Shown: one piece after another, positions 52,601-64,000 of the stretch
Layout: each line of letters starts with the position of its first letter
Position numbering within the stretch: the stretch's first letter is position 1
Assembly: GCF_031769215.1 (NCBI RefSeq)
Contig: NW_026782116.1
Span: 372,001-436,000 of the forward strand
Length of the DNA stretch: 64,000 nucleotides
DNA from: Ylistrum balloti
Lineage: Eukaryota
Direction of reading: 5' to 3'
Made by a program: the position numbers and the translations under genes
The notes under the pieces: generated by a model
Told to the model about the DNA's origin: nothing
The model's database searches: none
The model's input: only the letters and a program-made list of their open reading frames with translations

Positions 52601-55127
52601 GGTATACACTAGTGCCATCCACTACTACAGAGATAACTAACAGTCTCATAATACAACTAATTACTGTAAAGTATATATGTTGTATATATATCACTGAAGC
52701 AAAGCCATGGCAGCGCCAACCACCAGGAGTTCACTCCCTTCCCAAACTACATACATATTTGTAAAGACCTGTTTATCTGCATCTTTTTAAAAATTAAACC
52801 ATTGACACATTTAGTAATGACTTACTTTATTTGTCAGCTATTTTATGAGCACAATAAAGATATTTATAACAATAGTTGAAATTTTATGAAGTGACATACT
52901 AATGATATAGAAGCAAAGTGGAGCCACAAAAATATCAGTAGGGATGAAGCAAGTGTTTACAAGTCTCTAATGGAGCTCACTGGTGACAGTAAAACCACAA
53001 TGGTGCACAGCAGTATCATTTACACTCCACATTCAATCAGGGAAAGATGAAATACAGAAAACATGTTAGCTCTTTCTCTAATGAATCTTGCTTTAATGTA
53101 AAATGGACCTCTGATTGAATGATCTCTACAACAGTTGTCTCCCCTTCCTACTAACATTGAACTGTATGTGAATCTTTGTTTCTAGTATATCAACAGCATT
53201 AAGTTTAAAGATATAAAAGTAAGATTTGCTTTAACATCATTATCATAAAAAAAAGTAACATTTAGTCAGACACAAGTGCTGAATAATAAAAAGAAACTTA
53301 GTTATATCCCATTTTTATTTAAAAGTCAAATGTTATAATGTCTCCATATATTTGTCCTATATCTATACACAAATGTATTTAGTTTGTACCATGGCTATGC
53401 TTCCCGCTCACATAAAATGAAACAGCCCAGTCCACACCTAGATGCATGCAATAGAAAGTTCTTGAAAATGCAAAAAGCAAACATTTTTTTCAAAAACCTG
53501 AAATAGCAAAACAGCTGATAATGTTGTCTGTGACTACTGTAACTATATGATATCACTTACCTTGATTCCCCCTCGGAACTACTAGTCAGCGAGGAATGGA
53601 AATATAGTCAGTGTAATGGACATATAGTTAATATGAACACAGATTAAAGGATATACTACAATGTTATACCACTGAATATTATACGAAGAAATTTGGTTAG
53701 AAATGAAATTAAATGCAATGAAGAATATACTAAACATTTTAACATCATATTAAGGAACTTCATTTAGAAAGGAAGGTGTGACTACTAAAAGATAACAATA
53801 AAGTAACATCTTTATAACATCATCTGGATGAATTTAACTCTGAATAATAACAATACTAATCATGGTGAAGCAACATATTGCTGACCATGACAGGTAGTTT
53901 GGAAATTTTTATCCACTTTGACTTTGCACGCTTCTCCTTTAAATCTGGAGAATAATCAGTTTTTTTGCATTTTTCATAAAAAATTGAACAAGTGTTTGGA
54001 ATGCTTAGATTTTCAGAAAATCATATTCACATGATAGCATACTCATGTTAAAGTTTAAAGAAAATCTAGTTGTTAATTGTTTAAGGGTTGAGCCTCCTTA
54101 ATAACACTATCACAAGATTCCGTTTGTTTTCTTTTACCAAAGAAATATAATTATAAAGAGAACTTCTCTAACTCAGTAAACCAGGTAAATTGATTTATTA
54201 CTTTGATGTTCTTGTCACTACTTTTATTAGATAACACCCTTAACATGTAAACTGTACAATACAAGGCGGGGCAGGAGGGTGTTAGACAGGTGCAAACTTA
54301 TTACATACATGTGCATTTATTAAGATATTTCATATCAATAGTACAGTTACAATGTTTGCAGATATAGCAAGGCATTTAAATGAAGGAAAATGATGTATAT
54401 CACATATATGTTGGCAGCGTAAAGCATGCATACACTTCACTCAATTAATTAGCAATGCTTAATCATTTGTTGCCAGTTATGTTTATTTGCTCATTAGGTC
54501 AATGAAAATCTTTAAAATTCAACTCCAGACATGAAAAGAACAAGTATTTCAACTCATGCAGTCATATTATTATGTGTATTATATTTGTAAACCTCAAAGG
54601 AAACCGTGTACTTTCTCCACCTTGGGGTAACCTTGACCTACCTTCCCAGCTGTCTCTGCAGATCTTGCATGTACAGCAAACACTGGGCGTAGTAGGTTGT
54701 CTGGGCCTCAATGAAGTCATTCAGACACCGCAAGTGATGGGCCTGCAGGTATGTAAACAGAAGACATGACACAGTATATATATTACAGAAATATGTGGAC
54801 AGAAAACTGATATACTAGTGTACATTAGAAGCTAGTAAGAGCGATCAATGGTGTATCAAACTTAAAGACTACAAAAATGAAGATGTCAACATTTCACTTC
54901 TTATTAAAATTGAAAGTCAAATGTGAGCAATAGCTCGGGTGGCTTATTACCAGGCATTGGATTGTTGTCTGTTTAACATGTTAATATATAACCACATATT
55001 AGGACAGGTTAAGTACATTACACTGTAAATCACATACATGAGCGCTGCTGACACCCTCTAACAACAGCTTTGTGATTTCTGCCTGTCGGTCAAACTCCGC
55101 TTGGGCCACCCGTAAGTCCGCTTCAGC
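49545..55127 (-). CDS. SH3GLB1: Endophilin-B (SH3GLB1-like), 3' constitutive exons: end of BAR domain, linker and SH3; the 5' exons lie beyond the window
   Basis: Exons 55038-55127, 54642-54742, 51984-52188 and 49545-49652 join in phase to give AEADLRVAQAEFDRQAEITKLLLEGVSSAH-AHHLRCLNDFIEAQ...ARVLYDYD...DWLMAERGPQKGKVPSTYLEVLE*. Confidence 0.95.
51984..52188 (-). CDS. SH3GLB1: Endophilin-B linker plus SH3 N-terminal half (…KQARVLYDYDSADSSELSLLADE)
   Basis: gtttcag| phase-2 acceptor; GAG|gttagc phase-0 donor; SH3 motif ARVLYDY. Confidence 0.95.
53561..53581 (-). CDS. SH3GLB1: Candidate 18/21-nt endophilin-B microexon (tandem TAGTAG acceptor)
   Basis: cctcgctgactag|tag|ttccgagggggaatcaag|gtaagt; phase 2-2 matches the host intron. 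Confidence 0.6.
54642..54742 (-). CDS. SH3GLB1: Endophilin-B exon, BAR C-terminus (AHHLRCLNDFIEAQ...QLG)
   Basis: ctgcag| phase-0 acceptor; AG|gtaggt phase-2 donor. Confidence 0.96.
55038..55127 (-). CDS. SH3GLB1: Endophilin-B exon, BAR helix (AEADLRVAQAEFDRQAEITKLLLEGVSSAH)
   Basis: cctttctcag| and |gtatgt, phase 0-0; signature EFDRQAEITxLLLEG. Confidence 0.96.
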
Positions 55128-56322
55128 CTGAGAAAGGAAAAAAACAGTTATATACACTTCAACAAAACACTGATCCATATCTAAGTTCATAATAACAAAT
55201 ACCTATATTACTGTAAATTTCATCCTTCCAATTCTGATTTTGATCATTTATTACATATGAAATTCACTGACAACATTTATTAGTTTGTATGGTGCACAAT
55301 TGATAAAATGTGACAGTAATACTTTTCTTATCAGTGAAACTTCCCAAAAGAGTGCAATACATCATAATTCAACTACCACCAAAGTACACATTGCGACACA
55401 TCAAAACAAATCACAGGTAAGCATTATTACAGAATCACTAAAAACTTGTCCAAACCCAGAAAATTCTACAAAGATAAATAGGCAAGCCTATATACAATGG
55501 GTCAATACAGGAAGCAGGCAAACCACTTACAAGATATCAGACTCATTCACTAGGTTTACATACTAATATTAACCATTCAAATTATTAATGTACATTTTTG
55601 TGGCTGCTTCATTTCATTGGAGAAGTTTTAAAATTTCATTCAAATACAAAAAGAAGAAACAAATCATCTTTTACCTGTTCAGTGTATTTGAATAAATTTT
55701 CTTACAAAATGTTTCTCACATTCTCAAAAGTTACTTACTGTGATATATAAACAACACATTAGATTATTTCAAGCCTATTTCATGAATTTTCACAAAATTT
55801 AATTTTTTAAATATGCTACCAATCCATACAGTAATCTCCATAAGTGACACATTCTTTCTGGTGATATTTCTTTATCATAAAGACTGAAACACTATAAGTT
55901 ATCAATTTGGGAAAAAATGATACCATCTTATTATTCAACGAGATGATTTATTTTTCTCTTGAGATGTAAATAAAGTTAATGTTGAATAAGTGGGTATTCT
56001 ACAACTCCACTGCTGCAGACAATACAGTTTATAAATAAATTTGATTTTTTTACCTCTACATACAATATATTTTATATCTAACTTTTATAAGTTTTATAAA
56101 CAATGCCTTACAAACAACAACAGATATTATCAAATAGGAGATGTCTTCTTGTTCATTGCCATTATGCTAATAATTCACACGTTTTTTTTTTTTACATATA
56201 AACTTTTTTTTTCACTTTGAAAATTTTGATAAAATACAAAGGTTTCTTGTTGAGTATCATATTCATTGCACCCAAATGGCAGAATATATTAATATGTTTT
56301 TATTGAAACTGCTGAAACAAAA

Positions 56323-56878
56323 AAACAGGAGGCTCAAGTCTGAGAACAGCCACTTCAGTTCTATAAACTGTCATTTTTGTTGTTGTAATATTAAAAATAA
56401 TTTTGTTGAAGTAAAATAACTTGGACCATATTTTGTATTTGCAAAAAATTATCTGCCACCGGATTTTAATACGTTTGTAGTTCTAACTAAGTTTTAATTT
56501 TTTCCCAACAGAAATTAAACAAAAAATCATGCTCAAAAACATAATTTTCCTATCTATATCTTACTGCAAGACCCTGGGGTCATGAAAGTGACATTTTCAG
56601 TAAAGCACCCTTCCATCAATGAAAAATATTTGAATCTATTGTATCTCGATAATGAAAAGAAGATTTCAAAATTTATGTTAATTTGAGCCCTTCTGGTCCC
56701 ATCCTAAATGCCCTGGGGGTGGGAATCATATAATTCACAAAAATGGTGAAGGTTTCTGCAAAATTTCTTTACAATTAGTTAAAGGATTTTCAAGCCAAAA
56801 AATGTCAATTGTTTATGGATAATGACAAACAAAAGGTAATGTATAGATCATCCGAGACCTCCCCTCGGGTGACCTAAA
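56323..56878 (+). mobile_element. HINE-like element, intronic
   Basis: 5' aaacaggaggctc; internal gaccctggggtcatgaaa and gccctgggggtggga blocks; 3' hairpin gatcatccgag…ctcgggtgacctaaa. Confidence 0.65.
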
Positions 56879-57017
56879 GAAGAGACTTAGAAATCCTCTA
56901 TAATGATTGAATACAAAATTTGATATAAACTTCCAATATGTAAATAAAGCTGAATACAAGACTAATTATGCATGCAAGCCACCATGCTGTATCTACTGAT
57001 ACAAACAAAAGTCTTAC

Positions 57018-57035
57018 TCGAGCAATGACATCATC
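57018..57035 (-). CDS. SH3GLB1: Candidate 18-nt endophilin-B microexon (DDVIAR)
   Basis: gtttgtgtttgtgcggaccag|gatgatgtcattgctcga|gtaaga; phase 0-0. Confidence 0.62.
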
Positions 57036-60000
57036 CTGGTCCGCACAAACACAAACAATAGGTCAAAGTTAACATAGGTCACAGTTCACATTGTACAGGT
57101 TCAGTAGTTTGAATATGTGTTTGGAACTTTGTAATATTGCCAGAGACAGGCATGCTAAATTATTAGATACCATGTAAAAACAGACAAACGTAACAGTGAA
57201 TACTGTCATTCTTATTATTGTAACATCAAAAAGTGTTTCCGATTACATCACTGAGGCACATTAAAACACATAGTACATTTACCAACAGTTGTAACACAAT
57301 TCATTTTCAGGAAGTTTTTAAAATCATTAAAATCAGTTGCTACTTCTTCTTAGTCACATGTGGCTGTGTTAACACTGCTTATAACTATATAGAATTGTTA
57401 CATTCATCTTCAAAGGAAACTATTGTAGTTTACTGGTCCAGAAAAGCACAGTACTTACTACCTGCAATATCATCATCATCAAATTAATATGTACTTTTAC
57501 CAGTGAACCAATATCAGAAATTACCAATTTGATAAAATAATGGAATCCTCCATCAAAATTTCTATAATTGATGATATATATACATTTTTTTTAAGAAATG
57601 GCTAATTAAATGTCGTTTTCTTTTTAAACTGATAGGAAATTCACTAATTTTTCTAACCAGATGCTAATGAGCTCAAGATTTATAAAGTGTGTTGCCTTCC
57701 TATATCTTTGTTGCATGCATACACTGTTTTATTCAAATTTGCATGACTATAAGACAATGTTAGAAAATGGTGAAACGGCATTGAACAGCAAACAGAAAAT
57801 GGTGCTGTTTCGTTGTCAAAGTGAAATATCATTACAGCAACACATCAAAGATCATTCTATTGATTTTCATACTTTTTTGATGCACATATTCTTGGTCCGC
57901 ATCAATGTAATATCGCATTGTATTTCATTTGTTGGACAGAATTACTGCTCGGATATTCAGTCATCACTGACATTTAATCAACAGAACCTTTCATATCGTC
58001 TAGATATACAACACTGATATAAAACAAATTTAGAACAGATCACATGTGAAAAGTTAATGGAATTCTGAAAAAGATTACAGTCAACTGCACACACAATTCT
58101 GAAACATATAGTCAACAGCACAATGTGTGCATTGTGCCAGTATCATGCATAGTTTTCTACACAACATTGGGTTGACAAACAGAAACTTAATGGTGATATA
58201 TAGTCACAGAAACTTTACATCTGATAAGTTATCTCCTCTTTTGTTTTGATGTAGTCAGCTAAAAATCTCACATACGTTTTTGTTTTTTATTTACAATCAC
58301 TGCACCATGGCCGTAAATGCACTGTTGCTTTTCATTTTCAAAGTAAGAGTATGTATAATAACTGAAAGTTGATAGAATTTTACAAAAAATTTTATCAAGA
58401 ATGGAAAATTTGTGTGAACTTAAATAATTTAAAGTCTACTAATTTCTAAGTGATCCAGAAAATATTAAATTTTACATCACTAGATTTACACAATGTACTG
58501 GATAACTTGATCAGCAGTAAAGTTTTTAAAAAGATAATTGCAAAGTCTAGTAACAGTTAATGGGTTTGTTTTAATGTGTATATCCAAGAGACACTAGGAT
58601 AAGTCAGTAGTCTGTTCTAAAACTGCTTCAGCTAATCAGAAAAGAAGATTTAAAGTATAACAAAGGGCTGGTACTATTGTACTGTGTTTTCTGGAGTGTG
58701 CTGTTGTACTCTCAGGATAGATCAATAGACAGGCAAGTCAATAAGTCCTCTACCTAACACCAGTCTGCAAACAGTAGGTATAAAACTCAATCAGCATTTC
58801 CTGTGCTTTCTGTGCCTAAATCAAATTATGAAATAAAATGAATGTAAAACGTCCAGAAGAAAGCTAGGCACAACAACTGAAACTGCATAACTGAAAAGTC
58901 CGATACATGCTGTTCTCATCAATAGATAGATCGGTACAATTCACCTATTGCTGTGTGGTTTTACATTGAGATAGGTACATGAACTGCAACATAGAATAGC
59001 TGTACTGCTGTGAACATGTCGTTATGATTCCAAAACCATAAAGATACCAATATGTGGCTGACTTGTCAGATCATTACAGCTATAATAATCAGGAAAGGAA
59101 ACATTGTGAGTATCATGTATAACAACAATTCACATAATGATGAAATTGAGGTATTTCATAAGTCACTATCTATCATATATCTACAAAACGAACAAACCAA
59201 AAAACTGATTTATATGAGAAATTTAAGGCCATTGTTGGGGAAAATTAATTACAGACCTACAGACGACTTCTAGTTCAAGACTAAAAGGTCTTCTTTGAAC
59301 AATTCCAAATTTCTGCTGTAATTCTTTTAGATATGTAGCATGGTCTAGGTATGTGTTATAATTGGGGATGCAATAAACAGATTTCCTGGTATTCCAATCC
59401 AGAACATATGAACATTATAGAACTAAAGGCCATACATAAAAGAAGTGAGGAAAATACAACAGCCCATGTGCCATGATTTGAACCTGAGGCAGCCAAACTT
59501 TGTGTGTACCAAGTGACCAAGCTCTGTTTATAATGTCAACAACATAACAATGATTGTCCTATATCTACCAGTGGAACAGGGATAACTACTTAACTAAATA
59601 ATCAAAATTAAATTAAATAATGTACAAATCGAAAATAAAGGCAGTTCCAAATAGCTAAATCTCATTGGTGCATTAACAGGGTTGGTATGCGTTACCATGG
59701 TTACAGGGTACGAGGAGAGCCCACTGACCTCCGTTCCCGACTGGATACATCTACTTGGCTTGTCAACAGGTAAAATCAATAGAAACAGATCATCGTTAAT
59801 TAAACAGTCATCTCTTTTTCAAAACTAAACTGCTAGCTCTACATACCAAGACTTGATCATAGTACAGCACAGTGGAACTGTGTATACTAGCATTTTATCT
59901 GACAACATTCTTGTATCAAAATGTTGTAAAAATATGAAGTGTAAGAATAATTATCAAATGACAATACCACTGAAGGAAGCAAAAGAATGAGTTATTGGAA

Positions 60001-60664
60001 CAAAGTCTGCCAAAATTATCCAAGGGATCAGTTGAAAATAGGGAGAGAGACAGGAAGAGATCTGGATAAGATTAAAATGTCAGAAAAAAGAAGGGCAATT
60101 TAAAAACTTTTTGATATGTAACTGGCAAAATGGTCCTGACTAAATCAAATCTAACTTATGACCATATAAAGCATACTAATTATCTTATTGATCAGTCTAA
60201 AACTTACAGAAATCTTCAAAACAAGAGTTAAATGCCCAAAAAAGTAAAAGGGCCATAATAAAATGTCTCTGGACAAAAAAATTTACAAATGATGACAAAA
60301 TAAATACACCTTCATCAGAATTTTACTTCAAGAATCCAGGGTTTATTTACTGATACACGTACAACTGATTTTCTACGGCATGGTGACATATATACATTTT
60401 ATCAATTTCATAGCCACCGAGGACAACTATATCAGAAATGTTGCAACATTTGCATAATATGTACATGTATTTGTCAATTCATGCTCTGCTCAGCCCATGT
60501 AATATGTGACAGTTTAGTAAATAGTGGATGTGCTGGAGGATACAGTATACATAAGGTGTTGACTAACCTATTGAAAGGAAGGTAACAAATACATGCTCTG
60601 AACCAAATTTAAAATATACCACAAGTTCATCATGTAAAAACTCCCCTGCATTGATCAGTTACCG

Positions 60665-61057
60665 AACCAATCACTGTCTCAAGTAAACATCCAATGTTTC
60701 ATCACATCAATTAGTTACCTAACCAATCACTGTCTCAAGTAAACATCCAATGTTTCATCACATCAATTAGTTACCTAACCAATCACTGTCTCAAGTAAAC
60801 ATCCAATGTTTCATCACATCAATTAGTTACCTAACCAATCACTGCCTCGAGTAAACATCCAATGTTTCATCACATCAATTAGTTACCTAACCAATCACTG
60901 CCTCAAATAAACATCCAATGTTTCATCACATCAATTAGTTACCTAACCAATCACTGCCTCAAATAAACATCCAATGTTTCATCACATCAATTAGTTACCT
61001 AACCAATCACTGCCTCAAATAAACATCCAATGTTTCATCACATCAATTAGTTACCTC
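60665..61057. repeat. Minisatellite, 56-bp unit, 7 copies
   Basis: aaccaatcactgtctcaagtaaacatccaatgtttcatcacatcaattagttacct repeated. Confidence 0.95.
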
Positions 61058-61904
61058 ACCTTTCCTTGATAACAAACAAAACATGAATGACAAACTATTA
61101 TAACAGAGGTCATCAAAATTCTGAACTTAGATAGAAACAAGTACACTCACAAGTATAGATAAACACTGTCAATTTTTACAAATACATCTAGAGAATTTGT
61201 TCCTTGCTGTATATATAATATACATACAGGCAATGTTTCTACAGCCCTACATAATCAATAAGCACAGGGTCCAAAAGGAGCATATACTGACGCCATGATG
61301 TGTATTAAACAGAAATTGGTATTTTATGATTTTCCTGCCATCCACAGTATTAGCTATGAGATTATTGAGTTGGACTAACACCAGACAGGAGTCTGATCAG
61401 TGGCCTTACTTGAACGCCTTAAATCACTAACACACCATTGTCAACATGTTAATATATCAATACTTGTCTAGCCTTGGGCCTCTTCTAAAAAGGTTTACTC
61501 ATAAACACTAAAAAACAATGTTCAGAAAATGATGTCTTTCTTGTTTAATATAAAGTCACTAGCTATATATGTCTAATTACACTATTTGTGAGCAATATCG
61601 CATAATTCTACACAAACACAAGGCAGAGACAGCTCTGAAACATCTTATCATTTAATAATACACTCCTCAATAGAGAACCTGGATTGGCACTAACCTTACG
61701 ATCGTATGTTGACACATTATAAGTAAGGACCTTACTACATAGATGTATTATACAGATATACTTGTGACCTTTATCCAAACTTTACATAATCTTGACATAC
61801 CCAAACCTGTCTGATTTTATATCTACTAAAATTATATGTCAACATTTGACCTCAACAGAAAATACATAATCTAGTGACCTTGACATCAGACATGATCTAG
61901 ACAT

Positions 61905-62025
61905 TATACACATTGTCCTATGACCTTGACATTATACACATTGTTGTCTTATGACCTTGACATTATACACATTGTTGTCTTATGACTTTGACATTTTACA
62001 CATTCCGTTATGTCCTTGACATTAG
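61905..62025. repeat. Short tandem repeat of about 32 bp, 3-4 copies
   Basis: tgaccttgacattatacacattgttgtcttat repeated. Confidence 0.8.
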
Positions 62026-62378
62026 AAATATGCCCTCATAACCTAAATTGTCATCATAGAGATGCCTCTCTTTTTTATACTTTGCATATTGTAAGCTTAA
62101 ATGCAACACTGATATCATTTGCATAATTTTAAGATGTTAACACAGTAAAATATCATCCCTGTGGATCGAATTAAAGTGTGTGTAGAGCACAATAATCAAT
62201 AAGTCATCACATTATTTTGTCCACCAGGTCTATACTGACATAAAGTCTGATGACTGTAAATCATAAAGATATATATATATATACAATGTATTAGAATTGG
62301 CTAGGATTGTACTACAATACACAACCAAATTAAAAGATTTCAATTTCGTTTTTGAGTAAAACTGACTGTGATACTTAC

Positions 62379-62480
62379 TCTAGCTACACACATCAACAAA
62401 ACAAGGATGGACAACAACCATGCATGAAAACAAGAGTCACTAACCTCTACGAGGGTCAGGGTGTTGGTAGTGGAGTTAGG
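62379..62480 (-). CDS. SH3GLB1: Candidate endophilin-B alternative exon with two donors: 36 nt (62445-62480) or 102 nt (62379-62480)
   Basis: tctgtcttttacaag| then PNSTTNTLTLVE|gttagt, or read on to …VSDSCFHAWLLSILVLLMCVAR|gtaagt; both phase 0 and stop-free. Confidence 0.5.
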
Positions 62481-62924
62481 CTTGTAAAAGACAGACACAC
62501 ATTACAAAATAGTACCCACGATGGTGGTCATACCCAGCCTTACCCGCACTACAACCATTTATATAGAAAATACAAAAATACTCATGATGATATGGTGGAC
62601 ATACCTTACTCACACAATAAATATATATAGAACACATGATATTATGGTGTGTTATCACAACCTACCGACACTGCTATATATACAAGTCATACAAACACAA
62701 GGTAGTACCAATGACCGGTGGTATTACACAAGTGTGTGTTACACTTACATTGTCAGCAATGTTGGGAACACATAACTGCACAGATACACAATAGATATAT
62801 GTATTGTACACATCTAAATGTGCTTACTAGTTACACATTAAAACCACAGGTGTGACCTTTCTATTCCTTTACACACATATATATGACGTACACATGATGC
62901 ACAAGTTACACATGGTGCAACATA

Positions 62925-63150
62925 AAACTTATGATAAACACATATATATATACCTGGTAGGTGTGAATACTTATGATAATCACATATATACCTGGTAGGT
63001 ATAAATACTTTTGATAAACACATATATACCTGGTAGGTGTAAATACTTATGATAAACACATCTATACCTGGTAGGTGTAAATACTTATGATAAACACATA
63101 TATACCTGGTAGGTGTAAATACTTATGATAAACACATATACAGGTGTAAA
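62925..63150. repeat. Tandem repeat of about 38 bp, about 6 copies
   Basis: tacttatgataaacacatatatacctggtaggtgtaaa repeated. Confidence 0.9.
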
Positions 63151-64000
63151 TACAACAGTCACCAGATAAAGGAGCTAGATACATATGAATAATATACGTA
63201 ACACTTTCCCATATACCCCCTATTTATGTATCTGTTGTGATTTTAAGAGTCACGTAAATATAGTTACACCCTATATGCATTACTTCAGAATATGAGGTCC
63301 CATAAGGTTAGCAGACAAATACCAATACATGATCATTAGTTATTTATATACCGTCTAGGGGACAGATTATATAAATAACATCCATCATATGTGTGCTAAT
63401 TGTGATGCCTAACATAATGAGTCTCCAAAGGTACAACAGGAAATGTGGTACTGATGCTGGTTCTATAACTCTGTTTGAAGGAGGACTTTTAGGGGTGACA
63501 TGTCAAATAGGCCGATTGTTTTAAGTAATTCAGGTAGGGATGGCGATATGCAAGTTTCCAAGCTCTGAGAATGTGTATTTGGATAGCTATAGATAGCCAC
63601 TGTTTTTGAGGATACTTCTAAACGGTTGTATAACTGACTAAGAGGGGAATTTCCTCAGTAGCTGACTATCCATGGTGTGGGAGGGGACTACTTAAAATTC
63701 CAAGGATAAGCAGCCTGGTTCTGTATAAATACTAGTATCAGACTCCCAGGGGACATGTCCATCTACTGGTAACTTAGAAGGGATTCTCAAAAGAGGCATT
63801 GGCTGGCTGTATATTCATATTAACCATCTAATTGTGGGATTCCTGTAGGACATAATGTTTGGCATACTATTCATAAACCAAACTTTGGACGAATTCCTAG
63901 AGATACTTATATGTTCAAAACCATAACATCAATATAACTGAAATCCTGCTTTTTGCCATCTATTCTACCAGTAGTCTTAAGTCCTTTTATTTAACTCATT

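Noticed and set aside
61395-61430. Other acceptor-donor pairs in the endophilin intron (8 or 17 nt here; 11 nt at about 58750; 5 nt at about 61060)
   Set aside because: The lengths are not multiples of three and would shift the BAR reading frame.

Overview
AT-rich, intron-rich eukaryotic DNA. The repeat families suggest a bivalve mollusc, probably an oyster (inference). There are two spliced protein-coding genes, both on the minus strand. (1) An IQCM-like gene (IQ motif containing M) at 6251-24711. I rebuilt it exon by exon with matching splice phases: about 15 coding exons, 761 aa. Four exons encoding a complete MIDAS-intact von Willebrand A (VWA) domain sit in the middle of the IQCM-conserved C-terminal region. 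(2) The 3' half of an endophilin-B (SH3GLB1-like) gene at 49545 to beyond 64000: the end of the BAR domain plus the SH3 domain, with several candidate frame-preserving microexons and alternative donors. The rest is introns and intergenic DNA. It holds about 13 unrelated minisatellite arrays, Helentron-associated (HINE-like) elements, Penelope-like retroelement relics, tRNA-derived SINEs and a Tc1/pogo-type MITE. A 45-bp tandem array at 3333-3556 has a monomer that is a minimal hammerhead ribozyme. The long ORFs in the supplied track (682, 364, 226 aa etc.) are artefacts of tandem repeats. I found no rRNA, tRNA gene or CRISPR array. Homology calls come from recalled sequences and motifs, not from database searches.
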